Source: the human T2T-CHM13v2.0 reference genome, Homo sapiens. Taken from it: a stretch of DNA of 64,000 nucleotides. The DNA is taken from assembly GCF_009914755.1 (NCBI RefSeq), contig NC_060947.1. One strand, given 5' to 3'. Within the stretch, counting starts at the first letter, position 1. The number at the start of each line of letters is the position of its first letter. The notes under the pieces are model-generated. The model was not told the DNA's origin. It did no database searches and saw only the letters and a program-made list of their open reading frames with translations. The translations under genes and the position numbers were made by a program. Positions 11,265-24,372 of the stretch are shown piece after piece.

Positions 11265-13477
11265 GTAAGACGCCGAGGGAGGACTGAGGCGGGCCTCACC
11301 CCAGACAGAGGGCCCCCAATAATCCAGCGCTGCCTCTGCTGCCGGGCCTGGACCACCCTGCAGGGGAAGACTTCTCAGGCTGAGTCGCCACCACCTCACC
11401 CCGCCACCCCCCGCCGCTTTAACCGCAGGGAACTCTGGCGTAAGAGCTTTGTGTGACCAGGGCAGGGCTGGTTAGAAGTGCTCAGGGCCCAGACTCAGCC
11501 AGGAATCAAGGTCAGGACCCCAAGAGGGGACTGAGGGCAACCCACCCCCTACCCTCACTACCAATCCCATCCCCCAACACCAACCCCACCCCCATCCCTC
11601 AAACACCAACCCCACCCCCAAACCCCATTCCCATCTCCTCCCCCACCACCATCCTGGCAGAATCCGGGCTTTGCCCCTGCAATCAACCCACGGAAGCTCC
11701 GGGAATGGCGGCCAAGCACGCGGATCCTGACGTTCACATGTACGGCTAAGGGAGGGAAGGGGTTGGGTCTCGTGAGTATGGCCTTTGGGATGCAGAGGAA
11801 GGGCCCAGGCCCTCCTGGAAGACAGTGGAGTCCTTAGGGGACCCAGCATGCCAGGACAGGGGGCCCACTGTACCCCTGTCTCAAACTGAGCCACCTTTTC
11901 ATTCAGCCGCGGGAATCCTAGGGATGCAGACCCACTTCAGCAGGGGGTTGGGGCCCAGCCCTGCGAGGAGTCAAGGGGAGGAAGAAGAGGGAGGACTGAG
12001 GGGACCTTGGAGTCCAGATCAGTGGCAACCTTGGGCTGGGGGATCCTGGGCACAGTGGCCGAATGTGCCCCGTGCTCATTGCACCTTCAGGGTGACAGAG
12101 AGTTGAGGGCTGTGGTCTGAGGGCTGGGACTTCAGGTCAGCAGAGGGAGGAATCCCAGGATCTGCCGGACCCAAGGTGTGCCCCCTTCATGAGGACTGGG
12201 GATACCCCCGGCCCAGAAAGAAGGGATGCCACAGAGTCTGGCCGTCCCTTGTTCTTAGCTCTGGGGGAACCTGATCAGGGATGGCCCTAAGTGACAATCT
12301 CATTTGTACCACAGGCAGGAGGTTGGGGAACCCTCAGGGAGATAAGGTGTTGGTGTAAAGAGGAGCTGTCTGCTCATTTCAGGGGGTTGGGGGTTGAGAA
12401 AGGGCAGTCCCTGGCAGGAGTAAAGATGAGTAACCCACAGGAGGCCATCATAACGTTCACCCTAGAACCAAAGGGGTCAGCCCTGGACAACGCACGTGGG
12501 GGTAACAGGATGTGGCCCCTCCTCACTTCTGTTTCCAGATCTCAGGGAGTTGATGACCTTGTTTTCAGAAGGTGACTCAGGTCAACACAGGGGCCCCCAT
12601 CTGGTCGACAGATGCAGTGGTTCTAGGATCTGCCAAGCATCCAGGTGGAGAGCCTGAGGTAGGATTGAGGGTACTCCTGGGCCAGAATGCAGACAGGGGG
12701 CCCCATAGAAATCTGCCCTGCCCCTGCGGTTACTTCAGAGACCCTGGGCAGGGCTGTCAGCTGAAGTCCCTCCATTATCCTGGGATCTTTGATGTCAGGG
12801 AAGGGGAGGCCTTGGTCTGAAGGGGCTGGAGTCAGGTCAGTAGAGGGAGGGTCTCAGGCCCTGCCAGGAGTGGACGTGAGGACCAAGCGGACTCGTCACC
12901 CAGGACACCTGGACTCCAATGAATTTGGACATCTCTCGTTGTCCTTCGCGGGAGGACCTGGTCACGTATGGCCAGATGTGGGTCCCCTCATCTCCTTCTG
13001 TACCATATCAGGGATGTGAGTTCTTGACATGAGAGATTCTCAAGCCAGCAAAAGGGTGGGATTAGGCCCTACAAGGAGAAAGGTGAGGGCCCTGAGTGAG
13101 CACAGAGGGGACCCTCCACCCAAGTAGAGTGGGGACCTCACGGAGTCTGGCCAACCCTGCTGAGACTTCTGGGAATCCGTGGCTGTGCTTGCAGTCTGCA
13201 CACTGAAGGCCCGTGCATTCCTCTCCCAGGAATCAGGAGCTCCAGGAACCAGGCAGTGAGGCCTTGGTCTGAGTCAGTGTCCTCAGGTCACAGAGCAGAG
13301 GGGACGCAGACAGTGCCAACACTGAAGGTTTGCCTGGAATGCACACCAAGGGCCCCACCCGCCCAGAACAAATGGGACTCCAGAGGGCCTGGCCTCACCC
13401 TCCCTATTCTCAGTCCTGCAGCCTGAGCATGTGCTGGCCGGCTGTACCCTGAGGTGCCCTCCCACTTCCTCCTTCAG

Positions 13478-13543
13478 GTTCTGAGGGGGACAGGCTGACA
13501 AGTAGGACCCGAGGCACTGGAGGAGCATTGAAGGAGAAGATCT
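13478..13543 (+). other. MAGEA2 penultimate non-coding exon (last exon begins 13624)
   Basis: ccttcag|gttctgag...aagatct|gtaagt, followed by an 80-nt intron ending ctccccag. Confidence 0.75.
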
Positions 13544-13688
13544 GTAAGTAAGCCTTTGTCAGAGCCTCCAAGGTTCAGTTCAGTTCTCACCTAAGGCCTC
13601 ACACACGCTCCTTCTCTCCCCAGGCCTGTGGGTCTTCATTGCCCAGCTCCTGCCCGCACTCCTGCCTGCTGCCCTGACCAGAGTCATC

Positions 13689-14633
13689 ATGCCTCTTGAG
13701 CAGAGGAGTCAGCACTGCAAGCCTGAAGAAGGCCTTGAGGCCCGAGGAGAGGCCCTGGGCCTGGTGGGTGCGCAGGCTCCTGCTACTGAGGAGCAGCAGA
13801 CCGCTTCTTCCTCTTCTACTCTAGTGGAAGTTACCCTGGGGGAGGTGCCTGCTGCCGACTCACCGAGTCCTCCCCACAGTCCTCAGGGAGCCTCCAGCTT
13901 CTCGACTACCATCAACTACACTCTTTGGAGACAATCCGATGAGGGCTCCAGCAACCAAGAAGAGGAGGGGCCAAGAATGTTTCCCGACCTGGAGTCCGAG
14001 TTCCAAGCAGCAATCAGTAGGAAGATGGTTGAGTTGGTTCATTTTCTGCTCCTCAAGTATCGAGCCAGGGAGCCGGTCACAAAGGCAGAAATGCTGGAGA
14101 GTGTCCTCAGAAATTGCCAGGACTTCTTTCCCGTGATCTTCAGCAAAGCCTCCGAGTACTTGCAGCTGGTCTTTGGCATCGAGGTGGTGGAAGTGGTCCC
14201 CATCAGCCACTTGTACATCCTTGTCACCTGCCTGGGCCTCTCCTACGATGGCCTGCTGGGCGACAATCAGGTCATGCCCAAGACAGGCCTCCTGATAATC
14301 GTCCTGGCCATAATCGCAATAGAGGGCGACTGTGCCCCTGAGGAGAAAATCTGGGAGGAGCTGAGTATGTTGGAGGTGTTTGAGGGGAGGGAGGACAGTG
14401 TCTTCGCACATCCCAGGAAGCTGCTCATGCAAGATCTGGTGCAGGAAAACTACCTGGAGTACCGGCAGGTGCCCGGCAGTGATCCTGCATGCTACGAGTT
14501 CCTGTGGGGTCCAAGGGCCCTCATTGAAACCAGCTATGTGAAAGTCCTGCACCATACACTAAAGATCGGTGGAGAACCTCACATTTCCTACCCACCCCTG
14601 CATGAACGGGCTTTGAGAGAGGGAGAAGAGTGA
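13689..14633 (+). CDS. MAGEA2B: Melanoma-associated antigen A2/A2B, 314 aa, single coding exon
   Basis: [16 protein letters not shown]..., [23 protein letters not shown] homology domain ([10 protein letters not shown]). Protein identical to 46989..47933; A2 versus A2B label is positional only. Confidence 0.93.
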   Translation: MPLEQRSQHCKPEEGLEARGEALGLVGAQAPATEEQQTASSSSTLVEVTLGEVPAADSPSPPHSPQGASSFSTTINYTLWRQSDEGSSNQEEEGPRMFPDLESEFQAAISRKMVELVHFLLLKYRAREPVTKAEMLESVLRNCQDFFPVIFSKASEYLQLVFGIEVVEVVPISHLYILVTCLGLSYDGLLGDNQVMPKTGLLIIVLAIIAIEGDCAPEEKIWEELSMLEVFEGREDSVFAHPRKLLMQDLVQENYLEYRQVPGSDPACYEFLWGPRALIETSYVKVLHHTLKIGGEPHISYPPLHERALREGEE

Positions 14634-15167
14634 GTCTCAGCACATGTTGCAGCCAGGGCCAGTGGGAGGGGGTCTGGGCCAGTGCACCTTCCAGGGCCCC
14701 ATCCATTAGCTTCCACTGCCTCGTGTGATATGAGGCCCATTCCTGCCTCTTTGAAGAGAGCAGTCAGCATTCTTAGCAGTGAGTTTCTGTTCTGTTGGAT
14801 GACTTTGAGATTTATCTTTGTTTCCTGTTGGAATTGTTCAAATGTTCCTTTTAACAAATGGTTGGATGAACTTCAGCATCCAAGTTTATGAATGACAGTA
14901 GTCACACATAGTGCTGTTTATATAGTTTAGGGGTAAGAGTCCTGTTTTTTATTCAGATTGGGAAATCCATTCCATTTTGTGAGTTGTCACATAATAACAG
15001 CAGTGGAATATGTATTTGCCTATATTGTGAACGAATTAGCAGTAAAATACATGATACAAGGAACTCAAAAGATAGTTAATTCTTGCCTTATACCTCAGTC
15101 TATTATGTAAAATTAAAAATATGTGTATGTTTTTGCTTCTTTGAGAATGCAAAAGAAATTAAATCTG

Positions 15168-15173
15168 AATAAA
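15168..15173 (+). terminator. MAGEA2 poly(A) signal; equivalents at 34240-34245 (+), 46449-46454 (-), 62705-62710 (-)
   Basis: AATAAA conserved in all four MAGE 3'UTRs, about 540-560 nt after the stop. Confidence 0.75.
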
Positions 15174-15687
15174 TAATTCTTCCTGTTCACTGGCTCATTT
15201 CTTTACCATTCACTCAGCATCTGCTCTGTGGAAGGCCCTGGTAGTAGTGGGGATTCTAAGGTAAGCCAGACTCACGTCTACCCATAGGGTCATAGAGTCT
15301 AGGAGCTGCAGTCATGTAATTAAGGTGGCGAGAAGTCCTCTAGGATGTAGTGGAAATGTAAGACAGGGGTGAGGGTGTGGGGTTCCAGGTGAGAGTGGTG
15401 AGTATAAATGCCCTGAGCTGGGGCAATTTGGGATCTGGGAACCTGCAGTTCCTTCTGAAGGAGCTGATTCTAATGATGCCCGGTGGGTCCAGGGCCAGAT
15501 TCTCAGAGGGTGAGAGAAAAGCCTGGAATGGAATGCTACCCTGAGCAGTTTCTTTAGGATGGGGATGAAGAGAGAGGAATCTCCACCTGGGGCTGGAATG
15601 GAAGGTGTCCTGTGTTTTTGCCCAATGCTGTTGAACACAGCCCAAGATCTAGGTGATGGACACCCATCATCTGCAAGGGTTTCCTGA

Positions 15688-16069
<382 letters not shown>

Positions 16070-18724
16070 GGCCAGGTGCTTTTCTGCCAGGCAGGGAGAG
16101 CCAGAGCTGACTCCATTAAAAAGGCATTCTAACTAGGTTATCTCAAGTGCAATTTGACCAATTGTAAGCACGGGCTAGATTCTGGATGGTAACAAAGTGG
16201 ATGAATATAGTGGTTTGGATGGGAAAGCAGCTGGGAGAGAGGGAAGGAGTTGGTCTTTGACTCACATTCTAGGAGCTTTGAGCTGCACCTGGCTGGGCAA
16301 AACTCCCGCACAACCAAATTTTGAAGTGCATTCTCTAAGAGGAAATACTTAACTGAATTTTATGGAAGAAGCTTCTGTTTGGGGCTAATTATTCCATGTC
16401 CTATTGAGCTGTATGTTCTCTGATAAGTCCTGGAGAACAACGACAACAACAACAAAATCCCAGTGTTCGGGCCTCGGGTTAAAGCATATTGGAAATAACA
16501 GCCATCCGCCATTTGTGAAACTTCCAATTTACACCAGGCCCGGAGCCAGGTGGTTCACCTGCGTTGCATACACTCCGACTGTCCTACTAGACAGGCCTTA
16601 TCACATCTGCTTACAGATGAAGAATCCAGGGCTTACAGAGCTTGTGAATTGGGATATAAGAACAGGGTATTTCCTGGGTATTTCTCAGTATCACGTGGCT
16701 AGTAAGGAACAGGGCTGGAACCAGACCCCTGGCATGAATTCCTTTAGAGCCCATGCTGTCCCCACTTCTCCGAGCCCGAGGCTGACCTCCTGACAGCGAC
16801 TTCATTTTTCTTCTCAGCACTGCACCATGTCTCTCAGGTGACAAAAAGAAGGACCTTGAGGCCAGCATAATGAAGCAGGCCTGGAGAACGCGACAGTGAG
16901 AATCAAACACCATTTGGGGCTGGTGTGCGCTAGGTTCCTTGAGAGCTAACTCTGCCCAGTTGTGGGCATTTCTCTGCAGCCCCAGCACTTTCAGAATTAC
17001 AGCACATTTCCCCGGGTCACTTCCATGTGTCCTGTCTGACTCTGGAACCTATAGGGCCTGCTGATCAGCTCCTCACTGATCCTCACAGAACAGCCCAGAA
17101 TCCCCTGCTCACCTCCTGACAGGGAGCATTCCTTCTCATAGTAGAAGTCCTCTGGCTGTTCCGTCTCTCACCCAGGAAGCCATATGATGTCAAAAACCCT
17201 TTTGTATAAAAACTCACACGGGGACAGTGACGCTTAGACACTTGGTTACCACTCTGGTTGTCTTCAACACACTCTCTAATCGTTTTCTGAATGGGCTGAG
17301 GAGTCTGATTCGCCATATTATCTAAGGGTTCTTGTGTGATGTCACCCTGAAGTTAGAGGGATTTGGAACCACCTTGATACTTGAAATCGGACTTTCACAG
17401 GGCGTCCTTTTGGAATTCGCCTCTGAATACATGCACAGATAAATGATCAAAGAGCAAACCGTCTCTCATGAGTATTAGATGAGAAAAACCTTGGGAAACC
17501 CCAGTGGAACAAACATCTACTTACTGAGGCTGAATTCCTAAATTTCTGGAGTCCTCCAGGAGTTTAAAAACTATACCTTGAAAACACGTCAACTCTAATG
17601 AAAGAGGAATAATTAAGCAGCCTTCTGTTTCTTGTCTGTTTACCTGCTCCACAGGAAAATACTGGCCTTCAGCGTGCCTACCTCGACAGGTGTACAGGCG
17701 TGTGGAGGGTAGCAGAAATTCACAGGTTAACATTTTGACCGGGAATCAAATGGAGGAACAATTCTCAGCCTACTAAGGATTTAAAGGATATTACAAAGGA
17801 AAGCCTTCCTGCTGAGACTTTCAAGATTCTTGAACAGTTAGTTGTGATCGTATGTTTGAAAACATCAGTCACATATTTGACACTGGAAAACGCTGGAGAA
17901 CTTCAAGGTAAATTTGGCCTTCTCAGAAACTCCTCCTAGAAATGAGAAGGGTAGTATAATACCAAATGATCATAGTTGCTTTTTGTTGAGCACCCACTAT
18001 GTAACAGTTTATGGGGAAGGGTATAGTACTCACCCACATTTTGTCTCTGTCTCCTTCCTGGACACATGGGAACAGTAAAGTCCTTGCAGTTAGGATCATG
18101 TGACTTTTCCTTTACACCAATACAGGAGCAGAAGCATTGTTTGTCACATCCAGGCATTTGAGAGCCAGTGTGCCATTTCCATGCTTTCTCTCCGCTTTCA
18201 ACAGCAAACATGGCAGCTTCATCTTGAGATGACGGAATCAAAAGGTGGAAGCAGCTTGGATCCCTGGGTCATGTGAGAGTGGAGAGCCCCTGCCAAACCG
18301 CATCAGAACTTATTTGCACATAAAATAAACTTCTGTTGTGTCAAGCCATTCATGGTTGTTCTGTTGCATCAGCTAGCAATTACTTAAACTGACACGGCTA
18401 GTATTTCTGTTGTCAGTATTAAATATTTTTTATTTAAAATGTAGTTTGGTATATATTCTTATTTCAAAAATGATAGAAATGTAGATAATTCACAATTTTT
18501 TTTTTACAAAGCTCCTCCACAGTTAACAACACCCCCCGCCCCCCCGCAGAGGTCACCACAATTAACAATGTTGTGTATTATTTTACTGCTGACTCTAGGC
18601 TTTTCACTGACAAACTATAACAATATATTATTTTTATTCAATATACAAGAACAATGACATACATACTGATCTGCTTTTATCACTTTATAAAATGCATGTA
18701 GGATCTTTCGACAACAGTATAGAT

Positions 18725-18725
<1 letters not shown>

Positions 18726-18773
<48 letters not shown>
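18726..18773. repeat. (GATA)n microsatellite, two units longer than mirror at ~42857-42896
   Basis: Direct reading. Confidence 0.88.
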
Positions 18774-18774
<1 letters not shown>

Positions 18775-21432
18775 GACAGGTAGATCTTTCTCACTTTTGA
18801 AACCACTTTCTATAATTCTAAAGTAGACATGCACCAAAATTAATTAAACTCTTTCTTCCTAATGGACATATAAGTTGTTTCCCATTTGCTATATGATAAA
18901 TAGAATAAAATAAACATCTCTGCCTATGAATTTTAGGCAAACATGGTTTTCTTATAAGAAGGCTATATTAACATGGACATTGGGTTAAAGTGAAAGGGTG
19001 AAAATAGTTTAACATTTAAAATATTTCTAAAATGTTATTACAAAAATGCTGTACCAATTCAAATTCTCATAAAAATCACAATTGATTTAAAATTCTGAAG
19101 TGTGGACAGGATATTTCTTCTCTGCTTTGAGAAGGATTTGGTGAGACTGAAGAGGAACCAGGGAAGGAGAGCAGACAGGAGACCCTCAGCCTGTGAGGGA
19201 GGATCCAGGGAGGATCCAGGAGAGAGCCATTGCTAGTGTCAATGACAGAGAGCACATGCAAAACCAAGTCCACTGAGACCCAGGCAGGCTGGCACTCCGA
19301 GCTCTAAATCCAGACTTCAGGCCGGTGGGGTCAGGAGCCTGAGGGAGAGAAGGGGGAAGGGAGGGGGCAGGACAGGACAATGAACAGGAATAGGCTTGGG
19401 AAATCCTGGCACCATCATCACCAGCTGGAGGAGGCCCTGTGATCTGAGTGGGTAAGCCTGTTGGCTGAATGCACCAGGGCTGTGCTGGTCAACCTTCCCG
19501 CCCTCAGAATCCCCTTCCCTCTCTCCGGAATAGTTTGGCTGGCTCCCTGCATCATTCTGGGCCAGCTACCTCTCTTGAACCCTCCAGTGGTCCTTTGCAC
19601 CTTCGCCAGCATCCCAGATCTGGGAGAGGCCTTCATGCATGCTGGGGGCTGGTGTTTTATCCCCTGGGGGCCCTCCATAGAGGCTGGGCTATGTGAGTGT
19701 GTTGCTGACTGATGACCAACTGCCAAAACAGGCCAGGAATGCCCATGAGCAGTTGAAAGGGGCAGTGGGGCTGCATGGAGGAGAAATGGGAGGAAGAGTG
19801 CCCTGGGACTAGTCAGCTCAGACTCTGCAGATGAAGGATTGGCTGTGGACGTGCCTTGAAAATGAACCAGGTGGTGACTGCGTCTCAGATGGACTTCTGT
19901 GGCTTCTGAACTCTTGGCACACAAGAGGACTGGTGTCGTAGGGCAGTGATCGCTGGACTATGTTGCCAGCAGACACTGTCTGGCGTACAGGGCTGGCCCA
20001 AGGTGTGTACATGAGCAGGTTGTATGGCAAGGCGTTGGAGTTGGCAGCCTTCCTTGTTAAACTGATGGGGATGTGTGGGGTCCAATAAAGGAAACATCAT
20101 GCACCATCCTGTTGGGAGCATCCTCACCTCCATGACGGTGTTTGGGCCTGGGGATAAGGCATCTGTAGTGACCCTCTCGTTGGTAGTTTCCACGGGTTTT
20201 TCTGAGCTCAAGTGAGCACAGGTGAAGGAACTGTGGGTTTCTTCATGCAGGTCGGAGGCCCAGGCCAGACCGACTCCATAATTTGAACCAAAGAATTCCC
20301 ATGCCTGGTACTTTCATTCATTTCATGCACTTATTGATTCCTACAGAAAACTTTTATTCAATATATGCTGAGGAAACACCAAGTCAAAAAAACACAAGAA
20401 AGCAGCAGTGCCCTTAACTCAGTCTATGGGGGGCGTGAGGGAGATGGTGAGGTGGAAAGACACGGAAGAGTTTTAGGAAGTGAGGGACTGTGAACTGATG
20501 GAGAGAATCTCTATTGACCTGACTTCTGAGGTTGGTGATGTTGCTCCCTTAGTTGAGAGGGAGGGAGAAGGGTAAGAGTTGGTGGTGATTTGATGAAGAA
20601 GAGTGTGGAGGATGAGATCCGTGGGCAGCATTTTAAAGCTCAGTCTAGGATTTTTTTAGACATGGATGTTTTATGAAAATATATAGTGTTTTAACACCCA
20701 CAGGTAGTGATGCACGTATTGATATGTCACATGCCTTTGCCACGTAATAAGATGAACGCAAGGTCTTCCCACAACTATACCTACAATCGACATCACTTTT
20801 GTAAGTATTCCCTAGAATTCTAAAGTAGGTGTGTGCCATAGTTAATTAAACCTTTCCTTTCCTGATAAACACATACGTTCATTCCCATTTGTTGCTATGA
20901 TTAATAGAACTGAAATAAACATACGTTTTTGGACAGATATGCATGCTTTCCAATAAGAAAGATATAGTAACATGGACATTGGGTTAAAGTGGAAATGGTG
21001 TGAATAGTTTAACTTTTTAGAAGTATTGTCAAAATTTTATTCCAAAAATACTGTACCAATTAATTTTCTCACAAATTAATAGATGTGAATATCCTACACT
21101 CACAGAAAGATTTTGTGTTATCAATCTTCTCATTTTTGGTGAAAATTATGAATAAAATTTAGTGAAGAAATATTGTTTCACTGTTATTTTGTGTCTTTGC
21201 TTTCTCTAATTAGGTTAAGTACACACTAACTTAATCCCTCACCCATATGAAGTTGGATTTATACAGTGACATCCTGAGTAACATTTCTCTAGGCATGGTT
21301 TAACATTCTGAAATGGGGACAGGACATTTCTCTTGTGCTTTGAGAAGGAATTGGTCAGAATGAACAGGAGCCAGGGAAGGAGAGCAGACAGGACACCCTC
21401 AGCCCATGAGGGTAATCGGGAGGATCCAGCAC

Positions 21433-21801
21433 TGATATGGTTTGATTGTTTCCCCACCCAAATCTCATCTTGAATTGTAGCTCCCATAACCTCCACGTGT
21501 CATGGGAGGGATCAGGTGGGAGGTAATTGAATCACAGGGATAAGTTTTTCCCATGCTGTTCTCGCCGTAGTAAATAAGTCTTAGGAGATCTGATGTTTTC
21601 ACAAAGGGCAGTTCCCCTGCACATGCTCTCTTGCCTGCTGCCATGTGAGACATATCTTTGCTCCTCCTTCCCCTTCTGCCATGATTGTGAGGCCTTCCCA
21701 GCCATGTAGAACTGTCAGTCCATTAAACCTCTTTTTTTTATTATTATAAATTACCCAGTCTCAGGTATTTCTTCATAGCAGTATGAAAATGAACAAATAC
21801 A
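21433..21801 (+). mobile_element. THE1 (B/C-like) MaLR solo LTR
   Basis: tgatatggtttg...ccccacccaaatctcatcttgaattgtagctcccataa...cattaaacctc...aaattacccagtctcaggtatttcttcatagcagt...aataca. Confidence 0.88.
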
Positions 21802-24372
21802 AGGGGAGAGCAATGGCCAGAGTCCATGAGAGAGACCGTATATGAAACCAAGTCCACATTTCCCCAGGCAGGCTGGCATTCAGAGGTCTGAATCCAGAGT
21901 TCAGCCCGGTGGAGGCAGGGACCTGAGGGAGAGAAGGGGGAAGAGAGGAGGGAGGGCAGGACAATGAAAATGAATAGGCTTGGGAAATTCCAGCACCATC
22001 ATCACTAGCTGGAGGGGGCCGTGTGATCTGAATGGGCAGGCCTGTTGATGGAATGCACCAGCGATGTGCTGGAGACCCAACCCTCCCTCAGAATCCCCTT
22101 CCCTCTCTCACGAAGAGTATGGCTGGCTCCCTGCATCATTCCGGGCAAGCTCCCTCTCTTGACCACTCCAGTGGTCGTGTGTACCATTTCCAGCGTCCCG
22201 GGGCAGGGAGTTGTCTCATGCCTGCTGGGGGCTGCTGTTTTATCCCCTGTGAACTCTCCATGGAGCCTGGACTATGTGAATGGGTTGCTAACTTTTGAGC
22301 AACAGCCAAGACAGGCCAGAAATATTTATGAGCAGTGGAAGGTGAGGGTGGCAGCAAGGCTGCATGGAGGGGAATTTGGAGGAAGAGTACCCTAGGACTA
22401 GTCAGCTCCGACTCTGCAGATGAAGGATTGGCTGTGGATGTGCAATGAGAATGATCCAGGTGGTGACCATGTCTCAGATGGACTTCTGAGGCTTCTGAGC
22501 TCTTGAGACAAAAGCAGACAGGTATCCTGGGGCTCTAATCACTGGCCTATGATGCCACCAGACAGTGCCTGGGGTAGAGGGCTGGTCCAAGGTGTGTATG
22601 TGAGCAGGTTGGATGGCAAGGCAGTGCAGATGGCACCCTTCCTTGTTAAACTGATGGGGACGTGTGGGGTCCAATACAGGAGGCATCATGCACAATACTG
22701 TTGGGAGCATCCTCACCTCCATGATAGTGTTTGGGCATGGGGAGTAGGCATCTGCAGTGATGCTCTCAATGATAGTTTCCAGGGGATTTCTAAACTCAAG
22801 TGAGCACAGGTGATGGAACTGTGGGTTTCTTCAGGTAGGCGGGAGGCCAAGGCAGGGGCAGCCTCCACGTTTTGAATCAATGAATTCCCATGCCTGGTAA
22901 TTTCATTCATTCATGCACTTATTGATTCCTACAGAAAACTTTTATTGAATATATGCTGAGGAAACAGCAAGTCAACAAAACAAAAGAAAGTGGCAAGGCC
23001 CTTAATACTGTCTGTAAGGGGATGGGGGAGATGGAGAGGAGGTGTGAATCGCCCATCTGAGCCAGGGAGTCCAGGAAGGCAGAGCCAGACTTGGGGACAG
23101 GCAGTGTGCAACAAAGGGAGTGACAGCCTGTGTCCAGGCAAGCAAGCGCTCTTTCTATGACACTATCAATCTGGTTTTCCTCCTGGATGTTGCCTGTGTG
23201 TGAAAGCAACTGCTGTTCTCTGTGCCTGCCTGCCTCTGTTAATAGGGAAAATGCTAATGGTTGGCAGATGCTCACTTCTGCTCACCTTGGGTCACCTCTA
23301 CTGAAGGGATGGTTTGACAGCAAAAGGACAGGAAGAAACTTTTGGGGAGTATGAATATATTTTGCACCTTCTATGTGGTTGTGATTTCATGGGACTACAC
23401 ATTTGTCAAAACTGTTTAAATTGTTTCTCAGTATTTAGGAGAAAAAGTAAGCAGAAAACCAGGAAGGATATAGATGACCTGAAAAGCACCATTAACTACT
23501 CTGACCAATTAAAATAATGAGAAAAGCACTGCATTCAACAACAGCAGAATAAACATTCCTCTCAAGTGTGCATGAAATATTTCCCAGGATAGATGGTATT
23601 CTGGGCCATCAAACAAAGCTTACAAATTGAAAAAAAAAATAGAAATAATAAAAAGCCTCTTCTTAGACCATAATATAATTAAATTCAAAACCAAACACCA
23701 AGATATCTGAAAAATGCCCAAATATTGGAAATTTTAAAATATGCTCCTAAATAACCTATGGGTCAAAGAGGGAGTCTCAGGAGAATTTTAAAAATACATT
23801 AAGTTGAATGAAAATAAAAATATACATACAAAAATGGGATTCAGCTAAAGTGTTTCCTTGAGGGAAATGTATAGCATATTTTATGTTTATATTAGAAAAT
23901 GAAATCTAAAATCAATAACCAAAACTTTCACCCTAGGAATCCAAAGAACAAAGAGCAATTTGAATTTAAAGAAATTGTAGAGGATCCCCCCATCCCTTCC
24001 CACACTCCCACCTCTTCCCCTTAAGCCCTACCCCCAACCTTTGAGACACACAGACACACACATCATTTTACAACATGTTCATTTTATTTCCATCACCATG
24101 GGGCATACCCTTTGGGGTGTAAAACGTACTCTACACCCTGTTGGCTATTTATCTGGGGTTAGACTTCTGGAGACTTTTCAGATAGACTTGAAGTCTCTGG
24201 CCTTGCCTGGGAATTACTGGCTGCCCAAGGAAGCACTGGAGAAGGCGGTGGTCTCCTTGCCCTTGTGGTCCTGCTATGGCGCATTTTGATTGAGTTCCTC
24301 GTTCGGCTGGTCAGAGTGGCTGGATAGTGTTGGCCCACTCCATTCCTCAGGTTTTTTTGAAGCGGTGGTCTT

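Noticed and set aside
10428-13528. Many 60-140 aa ORFs across MAGE promoter and introns, repeated in paralogs
   Set aside because: GC-rich sequence, mostly non-ATG starts. Recurrence is explained by segmental duplication.
13860-14555. 231-aa antisense ORF inside MAGEA2, MAGEA2B and MAGEA12
   Set aside because: Antisense shadow of a GC-rich CDS shared by recent paralogs. It is stopped early in MAGEA3 (63520-63522) and has no recognisable domain.
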